From contig CAYVQP010000009.1 in the NCBI GenBank assembly GCA_964452775.1, positions 7,289-71,288 on the forward strand: DNA of 64,000 nt. The letters run 5' to 3'. A program made the position numbers and the translations under genes. Shown piece by piece: positions 10,005 through 18,259 of the stretch. Within the stretch, counting starts at the first letter, position 1, and each line of letters opens with the position of its first letter. The notes under the pieces are model-generated. The model saw only the letters and a program-made list of their open reading frames with translations, was not told the origin of the DNA and did not search any database. Source of the DNA: an uncultured Ardenticatenaceae bacterium. Lineage in GTDB: Bacteria; Chloroflexota; Anaerolineae; Promineifilales; Promineifilaceae.

Positions 10005-10032
10005 TTGACGGATGTGCGTTTGCTGATATACT
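10005..10032 (+). promoter_or_regulatory. Sigma-70-type promoter: TTGACG, 16-nt spacer, TATACT
   Basis: -35 at 10005-10010 and -10 at 10027-10032. These are the same hexamers as the sufC promoter. Confidence 0.45.
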
Positions 10033-10039
10033 CCTGTGT

Positions 10040-10209
10040 CGCATTCTGAGGTCTGGTGAAGTCGCCGGCGACGCTGCCAATCTAGGCGCTCCCTGCGTGA
10101 ATTGCAACGCGACCTTGCCGGCGTGGCCGGCAGGCTGATTTGACCAGTGTACCGGACAGATTACGAAATGAAAACTGTTGAACGAAGGTGAGGCAACCTT
10201 CGTTTTTTT
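10040..10209 (+). ncRNA. Candidate ~170-nt non-coding transcript (sRNA, or attenuating leader of rplY)
   Basis: Bounded by the promoter above and a strong intrinsic terminator. No SD-preceded ORF inside. Long-range pairing of 10045-10063 with 10137-10160 encloses GC hairpins at 10061-10072 and 10114-10134. Confidence 0.35.
10181..10209 (+). terminator. Intrinsic terminator
   Basis: 9-bp stem AACGAAGGT/ACCTTCGTT, 6-nt loop GAGGCA, run of 7 T. Confidence 0.75.
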
Positions 10210-10296
10210 GCGTGCGGGCGCTGTTGCCATTTTTCGCCTTCTAAGAGCTGCAACTCACGCATATTGCGTTGAAACTTAAACATAAAGGGTAGATTT

Positions 10297-10950
10297 ATGT
10301 CTGAACGTATAGTGATTCAAGCGGAGCCGCGAAATGTCACCGGCAAACAAGTGCGGCATCTCCGCCGGGAGGGTCTGGTGCCGGCGGTCATCTATGGCCA
10401 AAGCGACCCCCTGGTGGTGCAGCTGGAGGGAGCGGAATTGCGCCGGCTGTTGCGTCACGCCGGCGAAACCGAGCTGATAGACATAAGCATTGGCGGCGAC
10501 CTGCGTACCGTGCTGGCTCGGGACATTCAGAAGCACATTACACGCGCGGACCTGATGCACGTAGATTTTTATGAAGTGAACCTGCAGGAGAAGCTGCGTA
10601 TGGAAGTGCCCCTGGTGACAATTGGCGCGCTGCCCTCCAGCATCGCCGGCCTGGGCACCGTCACCCTGACGCTGCAGGAAATAGAACTGGAAGCGCTGCC
10701 TACGGACCTGCCGCCGGAGATCGAGGTGAACCTGAGCCTGATCACCGATCCGGAAATGACCCTGCACGTCCGCGATCTGCGCGCGCCGGCGGGAGTCACC
10801 ATACTCACGGCGCCGGATACCGCGCTCACTACCTTCAGCTACACCATCTCCGCAGAACAGGCGGAACGTGATGAGGAAGCCATGATGTTTGGACCTTCTG
10901 CCGGTGCCGTTGAGGTGGTTAGCCGGGCCAAGGAAGACGAAGACTTCTAG
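10297..10950 (+). CDS. rplY: 50S ribosomal protein L25 (long Ctc form)
   Basis: N-terminus ..EPRNVTGKQVRHLRREGLVPAVIYG.. is typical of L25/Ctc. 217 aa with an acidic C-terminal tail. Confidence 0.9.
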   Translation: MSERIVIQAEPRNVTGKQVRHLRREGLVPAVIYGQSDPLVVQLEGAELRRLLRHAGETELIDISIGGDLRTVLARDIQKHITRADLMHVDFYEVNLQEKLRMEVPLVTIGALPSSIAGLGTVTLTLQEIELEALPTDLPPEIEVNLSLITDPEMTLHVRDLRAPAGVTILTAPDTALTTFSYTISAEQAERDEEAMMFGPSAGAVEVVSRAKEDEDF

Positions 10951-10964
10951 TACCGGCGTGCTTG

Positions 10965-11040
10965 AGCCGGCCGCCGGCCGGCTTCTGAGCTTAATCTAAG
11001 AACATTTACAGGCTGGAACTTGGTTCCAGCCTGTTGTTCG
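10965..11040 (+). terminator. Two tandem GC hairpins downstream of rplY
   Basis: AGCCGGCC-GCC-GGCCGGCT (10965-10983) and GGCTGGAAC-TTG-GTTCCAGCC (11011-11031), the second followed by TGTTGTT. Confidence 0.5.
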
Positions 11041-11076
11041 TCCGGCGGTCAGGGGCAGGTTAGAATCCCACTCAGC

Positions 11077-13065
11077 ATGAAATGGTGGCAAGCCCTCCTG
11101 TTGGCTCTTATCCTTCTGGTCGCGGCGGCGTTGAGGCTGACCGGCATAGACTGGGACAACTACAATCACTATCACCCTGACGAGCGTTACATCACCTGGG
11201 TAGCCACAACAATCGAGTGGCCCGCGGACTGGTCAGAGGCGCTGAACCCCCGAGCCTCCACTTTCAACCCCTTCTACTGGCCCGACGACGCGGCCAGCGA
11301 GGGCATTGAAGTGCTGCAGGGCGTGCCGCGCAGTTTCGCTTATGGACACCTTCCGCTGTACCTGGGCGTTTTCGCCACCCGGCTGGCGGAGCGATTCCCG
11401 GTTGGCTTGCGGGAACGGTTGCCGTCGGGTTGGCTGCTCACTCGCGACCTGCTTAATGGACTTCAAGCGGTGGAGTTCCGGCACCTGACCGCGGTGGGCC
11501 GGGCAATGACGGGGTTGTTCGATGTGGGTGTGGTGGCGTTGGTCTTCCTCCTTGGTCGTCGCATGTATGGGGTCAATGTCGGCTTACTGGCTGCCTCATT
11601 CCTTGCCCTCAACGTCATGCACATCCAATTGGCGCACTTCTTTACCGTTGATCCCCTGCTCACCTTCTTCGTGGTGGCCGCCGTGGTGGCAATGGTTGCC
11701 ACGCTCCCGTCCGGACCGGCTCAGGCAGAGGACCACCACCCTGCTCGGGAGAAGCTGCTCCTCATTGCCTCGGCGATCTTCATCGGCCTGGCAATTGGTT
11801 CGAAGTTCTCCGCCGCATTGTTGCTTCTTCCTTTAATCGTCACACTCTGGTTGCAGACTCCCTTTAGCAACCGGCGTTTCGCAGGTCAGCTGCTGGGTCT
11901 CGGCGCGCTGGCGGTGGTGACCTTCCTGGTTGCCAACCCATTTGCCCTGCTGGACTGGAGCTGCGCGCCGGAGACAGCGGCGGGTGCAGCCGGCGGCTGG
12001 TCACTGACATCGGCGGTTGAACGCTCCTGCTACTTGCAAAACGTAATCAGGCAAGGGGAGATGGTGCGAGGAACCTTGGATGCGCCGTTTGCCCGGCAGT
12101 ACACCGGCACATGGCCCATCTTATACTACCTGGAGCAGCAAATCAGGTGGGGCATGGGGCCGGCGTTGGGGTTGGTCAGCGTTGCCGGCCTGGGCTGGAT
12201 CACCTGGGAGACAGGGCGCGAACTGGTGCGCAGCAAACGGGTTACGGCAGCCGGCGAGCTGGTAGTGCTGGCCTGGGTGTTGCCTTATTTGCTGACCACC
12301 GGCTTCTTCTTTGCCAAGTTCATGCGTTACATGCAGCCGGTAACGCCGTTTCTGATGCTCTTCGCCGCGGCGTTGCTCTGGCGGGTACGCATCGCCTGGC
12401 TGCGCGGCGCGCTGATCGGCGTGACGCTGATCAGCACAGCGCTGTATGCGCTGAGCTTTGTCCAGATTTACCGGCAGGAACACCCCTGGATCGCCGCCTC
12501 CCGCTGGCTGTTCAGAAATGCGCCCGCAGGCTCGCTCATTCTCAGCGAGCAATGGGATGAGGGCTTGCCCTCCAGCACGGTAGTGAACGGCGAATTTCGC
12601 AGCCGCTTTGACTACCGGGCCGATGAGCTGACCTGGCTGACCGCTGCGGATCAGCTCGACAATGAAGAGAAGTTGGCCGAGAATCTGGCCCGCATGGCGG
12701 CTGGCGACTACGTCGTGCTATCGTCCAATCGAGTCTATGGAGTAACGCCGCGCCTGCCGGAACGTTTTCCGCTTTCGAGCCGCTACCACCAGTTACTCTT
12801 CGACGGCGATCTCGGTTATGAGTTGGTCTATGTCTCCGGCCGATTCCCGGCGCTTGGCGACTTTTACATCAAGCCGGACACCTTTTCCTGGCCCGGCCTG
12901 CAGCCCCCGCCGGTTGTTGAGCAGTTCCTGAATGAGCGATCCGGCGTGAGTCTGGGCCGGGTTGATGAGAGCTTTGTCGTCTACGACCAACCGCTTACAA
13001 TGATCTTTGCGAACACAGGCCGGCTATCGGAGAGCGAGATGGAAGCGCTCTTCCAGACCCCGTGA
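11077..13065 (+). CDS. GT-C fold membrane glycosyltransferase (family 39 / ArnT-PMT-like)
   Basis: First loop carries HYHPDERY (DE motif). Many TM helices and a large C-terminal soluble domain. ATG 11077 preferred to TTG 11020, which lies inside the rplY terminator hairpin. Confidence 0.7.
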   Translation: MKWWQALLLALILLVAAALRLTGIDWDNYNHYHPDERYITWVATTIEWPADWSEALNPRASTFNPFYWPDDAASEGIEVLQGVPRSFAYGHLPLYLGVFATRLAERFPVGLRERLPSGWLLTRDLLNGLQAVEFRHLTAVGRAMTGLFDVGVVALVFLLGRRMYGVNVGLLAASFLALNVMHIQLAHFFTVDPLLTFFVVAAVVAMVATLPSGPAQAEDHHPAREKLLLIASAIFIGLAIGSKFSAALLLLPLIVTLWLQTPFSNRRFAGQLLGLGALAVVTFLVANPFALLDWSCAPETAAGAAGGWSLTSAVERSCYLQNVIRQGEMVRGTLDAPFARQYTGTWPILYYLEQQIRWGMGPALGLVSVAGLGWITWETGRELVRSKRVTAAGELVVLAWVLPYLLTTGFFFAKFMRYMQPVTPFLMLFAAALLWRVRIAWLRGALIGVTLISTALYALSFVQIYRQEHPWIAASRWLFRNAPAGSLILSEQWDEGLPSSTVVNGEFRSRFDYRADELTWLTAADQLDNEEKLAENLARMAAGDYVVLSSNRVYGVTPRLPERFPLSSRYHQLLFDGDLGYELVYVSGRFPALGDFYIKPDTFSWPGLQPPPVVEQFLNERSGVSLGRVDESFVVYDQPLTMIFANTGRLSESEMEALFQTP

Positions 13066-14665
13066 TGCGCCGGTTCTGCATAGAGGTGAAGAAATCAGTC
13101 GTCGTTACCTGTTCTTGACCGTGTTTGTCGCCGGCATGTCCACGCTGGCGATCGAATTTACCACCAGCCGCATGCTGCAGACGGTCTTCGGCACCTCCAA
13201 CATCGTCTGGGCCAATGTGATTGGTCTGGTGCTATTCTTTCTGACGGTGGGCTATTTCCTCGGGGGATGGCTGGCAGACCGGAAGCCTCAGCCGCGACTT
13301 TTCTATGCGCTGGTTACGCTGGCCGGCATTTGCGGCATCTTCTTCCTGCTCCTGACCAGCCTGTTGCTGAAGTCAGCGGCATCCGCCCTGGCGTCGGTCA
13401 ACGTGGGGCCGATCCTCAGCTCGCTGGTGGGCGTCTTACTGGCACTTGCCGTGCCGATTACGTTGCTGGGCTGTATTTCGCCGTTTGCCATCCGGCTGGG
13501 CGTGCGCAATGTGGAGGAAGCCGGCCGGATGAGCGGTCGCATCTACGCGGTCTCTACCTGGGGCAGTTTGCTGGGCACTTATCTGCCGGTGCTCCTGGTG
13601 ATTCCCCTGGCGGGCAGCCGGTGGACGGCGATCATCTTTGGCAGCCTGCTGCTGTTGGTAGGCCTGATCGGTCTTTGGCGCAGCGATCGCGGGCTGGGAG
13701 TGGCCGGGGCAGCATTGACTCTACTGGTCATTCCCATTGCCCTTCTCTGGTCGCAGGGACAGATCAAGGACCAGCCGGGACAGATATTCGAGACGGAATC
13801 GGCATACAACTATGTCCAGGTCATCCGCCGCGACGATTGCAACTATCTGTTGCTGAATGAAGGGCAGGCCTTCCACTCTTACTATTGTGACGGCGGTCGC
13901 GTGCCGCGTGTTTCCGTGTGGAGCATTATGATGGCCGCGCCATACTTTAATCAGCTTACTCCGGCGGAGGCCAATGCCGGGCCGGTCGGCAGCCTGGCGG
14001 TCATCGGTCTGGCGGCGGGCACGATTCCCAAACAGTTTACCAATGTGTTCGGCCCAATTCCGATAGAGGGCATTGAGCTGGACCCGGACATCGTCGAAGC
14101 CGGGCGAAATTACTTCGCGCTTAATGAGCCGAATATCCATGTCATAGTGGGTGATGGACGCTATGAGTTGAACCGGCTGCCCGGTCGTTACGATGTCATC
14201 ACCATTGACGCATACAAAGTGCCATATATTCCCTGGCACCTGACGACACAAGAGTTTTTTCAGGAAGTGCGCGCACATCTGAACGACGACGGCGTGGTGG
14301 CCATCAACGTCGGGCGCGCGCCGGCAGATCGCAGTCTGGTGGAGGCGATGACCGCCACCTTACAGACGGTCTTTCCTACGGTCCACACCATTGACATCCC
14401 AGGTTCCCTTAATTCCATTCTGATAGCCACGGTAGAACCAACACAGGCCGGCACTCTGGCGCATAATCTGGCCAAACTGGACCCGACCGCCGATCCGCTA
14501 CTGCGGGAGGTTTTGCAGACTGCCGTCAGTAATCTGGTACCGACTGCGGCATCGGATGTGATTTTCACGGACGAACGGGCGCCGCTGGAGACGATTGTTG
14601 ACGCCCTGGTGCTACGCTATCTGCTGGAAGAAGGCCCGGCCGGCCTACCCACCATCGGCGGCTAA
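13007..14665 (+). CDS. Membrane-embedded spermidine synthase-like transferase (polytopic N-domain fused to SpeE-like domain)
   Basis: About 7 TM helices followed by VIGLAAGTIP, IELDPDIVEAGRNYF, VIVGDGRYEL and DVITIDAYK. True start probably lies at 13076-13136; the ORF-track TTG 13007 overlaps the upstream CDS. Confidence 0.75.
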   Translation: MRTQAGYRRARWKRSSRPRDAPVLHRGEEISRRYLFLTVFVAGMSTLAIEFTTSRMLQTVFGTSNIVWANVIGLVLFFLTVGYFLGGWLADRKPQPRLFYALVTLAGICGIFFLLLTSLLLKSAASALASVNVGPILSSLVGVLLALAVPITLLGCISPFAIRLGVRNVEEAGRMSGRIYAVSTWGSLLGTYLPVLLVIPLAGSRWTAIIFGSLLLLVGLIGLWRSDRGLGVAGAALTLLVIPIALLWSQGQIKDQPGQIFETESAYNYVQVIRRDDCNYLLLNEGQAFHSYYCDGGRVPRVSVWSIMMAAPYFNQLTPAEANAGPVGSLAVIGLAAGTIPKQFTNVFGPIPIEGIELDPDIVEAGRNYFALNEPNIHVIVGDGRYELNRLPGRYDVITIDAYKVPYIPWHLTTQEFFQEVRAHLNDDGVVAINVGRAPADRSLVEAMTATLQTVFPTVHTIDIPGSLNSILIATVEPTQAGTLAHNLAKLDPTADPLLREVLQTAVSNLVPTAASDVIFTDERAPLETIVDALVLRYLLEEGPAGLPTIGG

Positions 14666-14754
14666 AGTCCTTGCCTGACCACGGAATCCGGCAAACGCCG
14701 GCGCGACGTGGAGCATAGTCTTCTCAAGCTCGCTTCTGCAACTGGAGAGTACCC

Positions 14755-15468
14755 TTGAACAAGAGTGTGACGACAATCATCAAGTGGCTGGTTATCCTGG
14801 CAATGCCCTTCTTCATCGGCCTGGGTTCAGTGGTGCTGGTCATCGCTTCTGCGCCGGCCTATCTAGCCTATGAGTATGGCAAGCCGAACTTTCCGCCGGA
14901 TCCCTTTGGCTTCACCAATGAGCAGCGCGAGGAGTTGGCCCTGGTGGCAGTGAATTATCTGCGTAGTCGCGCACCGGCCACAGAAGTCATCATCATGTTG
15001 GAGAAACAACAACTTCCGGACGGGAGCGGTCCGCTTTACAGCCAGGATGAAATCGGCCACATGCTGGACGTCAAGAACGTGGTGGATGCGATCAGGAGGG
15101 TCTGGTGGGCATCGGCCATCATCGTTGTTGGGGGCCTGTTACTCTTGCTGCTGCAAAGGGAAAGCCGGCACGCTGGTTACGCGGCCATCATGGGCGGCGG
15201 GATCGCTACAACCGCCGTGTTGCTGTTAATAGCCCTGTTTATCGGGCTTGCTTGGAACACCTTCTTTGTGCAGTTTCACGAGTTGCTCTTCCCTCCCGGC
15301 ACCTGGACCTTCGGCTACAATGAATCGCTCATCCGCCTCTTCCCGGAGAAGTTCTGGTTTGATATCGGGGTGATCATGAGCGGCATTCCGCTAATTGGCG
15401 GAATCCTGGTGGCCCTGCTGGGTTATCTGCTCTGGCGAAGGAGCGGGAAGGATTCCGCCGGCGGCTAA
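14755..15468 (+). CDS. TIGR01906/DUF1461 family integral membrane protein (Lit-like)
   Basis: Characteristic FHELLFPPGTWTFGYNESLIRLFPEKFWFD region and 4 TM helices. TTG start with GGAGAG 7 nt upstream. Confidence 0.7.
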   Translation: MNKSVTTIIKWLVILAMPFFIGLGSVVLVIASAPAYLAYEYGKPNFPPDPFGFTNEQREELALVAVNYLRSRAPATEVIIMLEKQQLPDGSGPLYSQDEIGHMLDVKNVVDAIRRVWWASAIIVVGGLLLLLLQRESRHAGYAAIMGGGIATTAVLLLIALFIGLAWNTFFVQFHELLFPPGTWTFGYNESLIRLFPEKFWFDIGVIMSGIPLIGGILVALLGYLLWRRSGKDSAGG

Positions 15469-16655
15469 TCAATCACGATTTCCACGAAACTGGTCTGGTA
15501 GGGATACACCCAGAACTCTTGCTTAATTTTGCGCTGGCCTACTTCAACCGTGATCTCGTAATAGCCGGCGTACACATCATCCAGGGCGAAGTTCTCGTTC
15601 CAACCTTCGTCGGAGTTGACGCTGTCATCCGCGTATGTCGTCGTGGTGTAGGAGGGCGCCTCGCCATCAATACGTCGCAGGCTAATGGGAGCGCCATAGG
15701 CGAGCGTCCCATCAGCCCAGGTGACGCGACCGGCGACCGTCCCGCGATCGGGAAAGGGGTAAAGCCACAGCAGCGGGTTACGGGTGGCGTCGTAGCTGTT
15801 CGCTCCGACCCTTACTTCGAGGTGCATGTGCGGGCCGTCGGCGATGCCGGATGCGCCGGATAAGGCGATGGGTTGCTCAGCGTCCACATGCTGCCCGACC
15901 ACGACGAGGGGCGAGGTCAGATGTCCATATAAGGTGTAGACCGGCTGCCCATTCAACTGCGAGTCGTGCTCCAGAATGACCAGATTGCCGTAGAAGTTGG
16001 TCTGCGGCCCGTAAGCAGTTTCGGCATCGTTGCCGGCGACAATTACCGTCCCGCTGGCGACGGCCATGATTTCCGTGCCGCGCGCCACGTCAAACTCAAC
16101 GCCATGGTGGGTGCGAATTTGGCCGCCGCGGGTACTGCCGTAGGGATAGTGCTTGTTGGTCCACAACACATTGTCCACCGCCACCGGCCGGCGAAACCAG
16201 TAATGCTCCCAGGGCGGGGTGTTGGGCAGGGCCGGCGGGGTAAAGGTGGGCAACGGCGTGGCTGAAGCCGTAGAGGTGGCCGGGATTGCCGTCGGCGGCT
16301 CAGGAGTAGCGGTGGCCGCGGCCGTCGCGGCCCTGGCGGCAGCTTCCTCCGGCGATAGCGGCGCGAATGCCGGTAGCCCCGTAGGCGTTTGCAGCACAAC
16401 CTCCACGGGCGGCGGCAAGGTCTCCGTGGCCGGCGGGGTCGTCACCAGCGCGATCGGGGCCGCCGCGGCGGCAGTCGTGGCGCCCGCTTCGTCGGGCGTG
16501 CTGGTCGCCGGGGACGACTGAGTGCAACCGGCTGCAACCAGTGTCAGAAGCACAATCGTCCACCGGCCGTATCTGCCGGCCCGCTGGAGCCCCCTCAACC
16601 ACCCGCGGTTCAGCAAACGCAAATCAAAAGCCCCCTCGTTCGCGCGCCGTCGCAA
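15465..16655 (-). CDS. M23 family metallopeptidase, probable lipoprotein
   Basis: HHGVEF..GTEIMAVASGTV and GPHMHLEV (HxH) motifs. Lipobox-like LLTLVAAGC, then an Ala/Pro/Thr-rich linker. Start uncertain: TTG 16655 overlaps the upstream gene by 32 nt. Confidence 0.8.
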   Translation of the reverse strand: MRRRANEGAFDLRLLNRGWLRGLQRAGRYGRWTIVLLTLVAAGCTQSSPATSTPDEAGATTAAAAAPIALVTTPPATETLPPPVEVVLQTPTGLPAFAPLSPEEAAARAATAAATATPEPPTAIPATSTASATPLPTFTPPALPNTPPWEHYWFRRPVAVDNVLWTNKHYPYGSTRGGQIRTHHGVEFDVARGTEIMAVASGTVIVAGNDAETAYGPQTNFYGNLVILEHDSQLNGQPVYTLYGHLTSPLVVVGQHVDAEQPIALSGASGIADGPHMHLEVRVGANSYDATRNPLLWLYPFPDRGTVAGRVTWADGTLAYGAPISLRRIDGEAPSYTTTTYADDSVNSDEGWNENFALDDVYAGYYEITVEVGQRKIKQEFWVYPYQTSFVEIVID

Positions 16656-18150
16656 TGACCTTCTCCACCCTGGCGTTGACTTCCGCTTCCAGAGCTGCTA
16701 CCTCCTGCTTCCATTGGTGAGCAAGCTGGCTATTGGACAGTGAGCTTCCATTGACCTGCACATTCAGCGAGGCGACCTGTACGGCTGCCCGGGCTATCAG
16801 GGCAGCGCTGGCGGCGTCTGTGGCCGCGTTGCGATTGCCGATTGCTGTTATCGTCTCCGCCAGATGGACCACATCCCGGCAAACCCTGGCGACCCGCAAC
16901 GGTTCTTTCCCGGCTCGAATTGTTGCCTGTTCAACAGCAGCCGCCCTTTCATCGTCGCTGAGCGACTTGTCCCGATGGACGGCCATCAGGGCATCAAAGG
17001 CGGCGGCATCCGCTACGATGGCTGCGCTCAGTTCATCCCTGATTTGTCGCGCTTGAACAATGATCGCCCGCGCTTCCTGATCCACATCGGCATACGCTTT
17101 GCGACCGGCGGTCAGGCCGGCCACCATTTCGACGAGCGCTGCACCCAGCGCGCCGGCAAGCGCCGCCACGGATCCGCCGCCGGGTGTGGGGGACTTGCTG
17201 GCCACTGCCGCCAGGAAATCGTGTGGGACCACGGCCGCCAGGCCGGCATCAGCATCCGCCGGCTCCGCCAGCTGGTGTTCAAGTATTTGCGACTCCTGAA
17301 GATCGTCCAACTGCAAGTACCACTTCGCGGCATCCAGCAGCGCCGCTTGTGGAGTAAGTCCAACCAGCTCAGCCCGCGTAATGAGCGTCCCGTAACGGCC
17401 GGCCTCCCGTCTCACTGCTTCCTGCACCCGATGAATGGGCGTCCTGGTGAAGTTCAGCAGGTTCATGCTTACCTGAGCCTGTCCCTCCACCTCAAAGCCC
17501 AGGGCCTGCACATTCTCCAGGCCGCCGCTGATGGTGCGCACGGCGCGGGCCACCTTGTTAGCGACGTCCACGTCGGCCGTGTTGAGGTAAAGGTTGTAGG
17601 CGATGAGGAATGGGCGTGCTCCGACCACCGTAGCCCCTGCCGGATTAGCTTGCGCAGGACCAAAATCCGGCTTGCGTTCCGGCTTAACGGCTACTTCCTC
17701 GCGCCATAGCTCGTACTGTCCCTTACGGATGTCGCTCAGCTTCACCCGCTCCGGCCTGGTCGCCGCCTCCGCATACAGGTAGACGGGAAGGTTTAGCTCC
17801 TCGCCTACGCGCTGTCCCACGCGCCGGGCAAGCTGGACGCACTCCTGCATGGTAACACCTTTCACCGGCACAAACGGGCATACGTCCGTCGCTCCGATGC
17901 GGGGATGTTCGCCCGTGTGCTCATCCAGGTTGATTAACTGCGCGGCCAGCCGGATGGCCCGAAAGGCAGCCTCCTCGACCGCCTCAACGCTGCCTACGAA
18001 GGTGATCACCGTGCGATTGTGGTCGGCGTCTGGGCTGACGCTCAAAACGCGCGCACCGCGAACCTGGCGAATCGCTTCCGCAATTGCGTTGTAAACTTCC
18101 GGGCGACGACCGTCGCTAAAGTTCGGAACACATTCCACGATTTGTTGCAT
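16624..18150 (-). CDS. Bifunctional glutamate formimidoyltransferase / formimidoyl-THF cyclodeaminase
   Basis: N-terminal VECVPNFSDGRRPEV... (formiminotransferase) and C-terminal FLAAVASKSPTPGGGSVAALAGALGAAL (cyclodeaminase). ATG 18150 with AGGAG upstream. Confidence 0.85.
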   Translation of the reverse strand: MQQIVECVPNFSDGRRPEVYNAIAEAIRQVRGARVLSVSPDADHNRTVITFVGSVEAVEEAAFRAIRLAAQLINLDEHTGEHPRIGATDVCPFVPVKGVTMQECVQLARRVGQRVGEELNLPVYLYAEAATRPERVKLSDIRKGQYELWREEVAVKPERKPDFGPAQANPAGATVVGARPFLIAYNLYLNTADVDVANKVARAVRTISGGLENVQALGFEVEGQAQVSMNLLNFTRTPIHRVQEAVRREAGRYGTLITRAELVGLTPQAALLDAAKWYLQLDDLQESQILEHQLAEPADADAGLAAVVPHDFLAAVASKSPTPGGGSVAALAGALGAALVEMVAGLTAGRKAYADVDQEARAIIVQARQIRDELSAAIVADAAAFDALMAVHRDKSLSDDERAAAVEQATIRAGKEPLRVARVCRDVVHLAETITAIGNRNAATDAASAALIARAAVQVASLNVQVNGSSLSNSQLAHQWKQEVAALEAEVNARVEKVIATARERGGF

Positions 18151-18259
18151 GCACTCTGCTCCTGTTGTGATGTGGCGGAAGGCCAACGGGCGATTATAGC
18201 TGGTTGCGCGGGCGGCGACAGAGCGGCGGCGGCGAACGCAGCCAACACTTACGCGCTGC

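Noticed and set aside
9981-10136. TGCCTGGCGGGC at 9982-9993 and GTGAAGTCGCCG at 10056-10067 resemble the 5S rRNA 5' end and the GTGAAACGCCG segment. A 9/12 complement sits at 10125-10136. A 5S gene or a 5S mimic for L25 was considered.
   Set aside because: There is no CCGAAC loop C and no loop E (GATGGTA/GAGAGTA). The span is about 155 nt rather than about 118 nt, and the best promoter lies inside it. The resemblance is too weak to call by eye, but it is still worth including in the Rfam scan of this spacer.
10276-10767. 163-aa minus-strand ORF.
   Set aside because: It is antisense to rplY, which has unmistakable L25 motifs.
15966-16658. Cluster of overlapping 89-118-aa ORFs on both strands.
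   Set aside because: They fall in the Ala/Pro/Thr-rich low-complexity linker region of the M23 peptidase gene. The repetitive GC-rich codons keep several frames open.
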